A stretch of DNA of 32,000 nucleotides from Xylanibacter ruminicola 23 (GTDB lineage: Bacteria; Bacteroidota; Bacteroidia; Bacteroidales; Bacteroidaceae), in assembly GCF_000025925.1 (NCBI RefSeq), contig NC_014033.1, forward strand, positions 3,540,001 to 3,572,000, given 5' to 3'. Shown piece after piece: positions 30,268 through 32,000 of the stretch (the stretch's first letter is position 1; each line of letters starts with the position of its first letter). The notes under the pieces are model-generated. The model made no database searches, had not been told where the DNA came from, and saw nothing but the letters and a program-made list of their open reading frames with translations. A program made the position numbers and the translations under genes.

Positions 30268-32000
30268 ATGAGACGAAGAATATTATTACTATTCATCATA
30301 CCTGCATTCCTGCGCGTTTTTGCGCAGGAATCGCATGGATGGGAGACGTACTTGAATCAGGTGATGACGGCTGAGGATGCGGCATCGGAGGGGTGGCAGC
30401 AGACGTACGATCTGCTGAGCGACCTGGTGCAGCACCCCATCAACATTAATACCGCCACACGTGAACAGCTGGAGGCCATCCCCTTTTTGTCGGCACAACA
30501 GGTAGAGGAGCTGATGGCCTACCTGTACCGCTATGCACCGATGCAATCGACTGCCGAACTGCGTATGATGACACTGTTGACACCTGCCCAGCGCGAACTG
30601 CTGAGCTACTGCGTTTATACAGGTGATAGCAAACCCAAACGCTACTTACACCACGAACTGACAGCCACCGCCAAGCTGCCACTAAGCAACGGGCACTGGT
30701 TTCGCTACCAGCTGCAATATGGCGACCGGCTGAAGGCGGGGCTGGTGGGTGATTTGGATGCTGACGAACCCTTTATGAAGGGCCCCAACCGATGGGGATA
30801 CGACTACTATGCACCGTATGTGCAGCTGAACCACTGGGGACGTATAGAGACACTGGTGCTGGGTAGCTACAGAGTGAGCATGGGTATGGGCTTGGTGATG
30901 AACAACAGCTTTAGTTTAGGCAAGATAGCCATGCTACAGAACTTGGGGCGCAGCACAAACACCTTGCGGGCACACGCCTCGAGAACGGAGAACGCACTTC
31001 AAGGTGCAGGTATAACCCTGAAGTTAGGGCGCGGTTGGCAGACTACTGCGTTTGTGGGGTATGTGCCGATGGATGCCACGCTGAATAAGGACGGTAGCGC
31101 ACGTACGATACTAACCACTGGCTACCACCGTACGGAAGCCGAAATAGCTAAGAAATATAATTTGCACGCCCTGAAAACGGGTGGTAGTGTGCGTTATACG
31201 GGACATGGACTGCACATAGGGCTGAACGGGCTTTACGTGCATCTGGACCGGCCGCTGCAACCTAACACCAAACAGCTATACAACCTGTATAAACCGCAGG
31301 GCAGTAGTTTTGTGAACATGAGCACGGACTACGGCTATGCCAATAGCAAATGGTCACTGAACGGTGAAACGGCTGTGGATGGGCACGGGCATATAGCCAC
31401 TATCAACAGTGTGAGCGTGGCGATGGGTAGTAACCTGACGCTGATGGCACTGCAGCGCTATTACCAGTACCGTTATACCTCGCTGGATGCACAGAGCTAT
31501 AGCGATGGGGGCAGCGTGCAGAACGAAAGCGGCGTGTATGTGGGAGCTACCTGGCAGCCATCCTCTAAATGGCAGGTGGCGGCTTATGCCGACTGGGCTT
31601 ACTTTCCGTGGGTAAGGTACCGACAGCAGGCGGGTACTTACACAATGGACTATCTGCTACAGACAACCTATACCAGCAGCCGCTGGAAACTGAGCGGCAG
31701 GTACCGACTGAAAGCCAAGCAACAGGAACACCGCACCAGACTGGCAGCTGAATACAACTGGGACTGCGGCTTGGGTATGCGCACCCAGCTGGATGGCAAC
31801 TATGGTGCGGATGGAGGAACGGAGATAGGTGCTATGCTGAGTGAGAGCATGGCCTACACTTATAAGTGGTTGCGACTGAACGCTGGAGCGGGCTATTACC
31901 ATACGGATGGTTATAATAGCCGACTGTATGTGTATGAGAACGGACCGCTATATACCTATGCCATGCAGCAGCTGTATGGCGAGGGCGTACGTTATTGGCT
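30268..32000 (+). CDS. Helix-hairpin-helix domain protein with beta-barrel-like C-terminal region (3' end beyond window)
   Basis: Not in the ORF track because no stop occurs. I translated frame 1 from the ATG at 30268 to 32000 and found no stop codon. Signal-like MRRRILLLFIIPAFLRVFAQE, HhH-like NINTATREQLEAIPFLSAQQVEEL, then Tyr/Gly-rich alternating sequence. Confidence 0.7.
   Translation, partial: MRRRILLLFIIPAFLRVFAQESHGWETYLNQVMTAEDAASEGWQQTYDLLSDLVQHPININTATREQLEAIPFLSAQQVEELMAYLYRYAPMQSTAELRMMTLLTPAQRELLSYCVYTGDSKPKRYLHHELTATAKLPLSNGHWFRYQLQYGDRLKAGLVGDLDADEPFMKGPNRWGYDYYAPYVQLNHWGRIETLVLGSYRVSMGMGLVMNNSFSLGKIAMLQNLGRSTNTLRAHASRTENALQGAGITLKLGRGWQTTAFVGYVPMDATLNKDGSARTILTTGYHRTEAEIAKKYNLHALKTGGSVRYTGHGLHIGLNGLYVHLDRPLQPNTKQLYNLYKPQGSSFVNMSTDYGYANSKWSLNGETAVDGHGHIATINSVSVAMGSNLTLMALQRYYQYRYTSLDAQSYSDGGSVQNESGVYVGATWQPSSKWQVAAYADWAYFPWVRYRQQAGTYTMDYLLQTTYTSSRWKLSGRYRLKAKQQEHRTRLAAEYNWDCGLGMRTQLDGNYGADGGTEIGAMLSESMAYTYKWLRLNAGAGYYHTDGYNSRLYVYENGPLYTYAMQQLYGEGVRYW

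Noticed and set aside
30289-31902. Minus-strand ORFs 30289-30546, 30446-30682, 31657-31902 and plus-strand 31569-31751
   Set aside because: They overlap a long plus-strand frame (30268 to the window end) that I checked codon by codon and found free of stops. The track omits it only because it has no stop within the window.

Overview
The window looks like a Bacteroidales (Prevotella/Segatella-like) chromosome segment. The supports are recurring TAnnTTTG -7 promoter motifs 20-50 nt upstream of starts, essentially no Shine-Dalgarno sequences, and the gene content. All family names come from motif recognition by eye; no searches were run.

Layout:
(1) 1-13.85 kb is a core block: TonB-dependent receptor (5' partial), glyQS, an FKBP lipoprotein, then manA-trkH-trkA-dxs on the minus strand and a DUF4294-like gene. 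A compact ABC-ATPase + DUF4435/TOPRIM pair (PARIS/AriAB-like architecture) sits between FKBP and manA.
(2) About 13.86-30.21 kb is a roughly 16.3 kb accessory island with no integrase, transposase or tRNA in view. It holds HU-like and smalltalk-like genes (minus strand) and an 840-bp repeat-dense control region. Next come a stub of a WYL-type HTH regulator and a Type I R-M locus (hsdM, DUF1016 nuclease, hsdS, orf90, DUF4145-fused hsdR). It ends with a nine-gene block of mostly unknown proteins: an AT-hook protein next to 7 x 10-bp iterons, a DUF3127-like OB fold, an AEP-primase/DUF3987-like protein and an M15 peptidase.
(3) 30.27 kb to the window end is a helix-hairpin-helix/beta-barrel-like protein (3' partial, missing from the ORF track).

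No rRNA, tRNA or CRISPR array was seen.

Most interesting signals:
- The uncharacterised 25.4-30.2 kb operon and its iteron/AT-hook neighbour.
- A palindromic element (core GCAACGGAC) present once between the ATPase and DUF4435 genes and again in-frame inside the primase-like ORF.
- Six sense-oriented AAA(C/G)ATT heptamer arrays abutting stops and starts of island genes. Two of them are inverted copies bracketing a 15.8 kb segment, which suggests an inversion split an HU-smalltalk-hydrolase module.
- A dense set of operator-like repeats upstream of the R-M locus.
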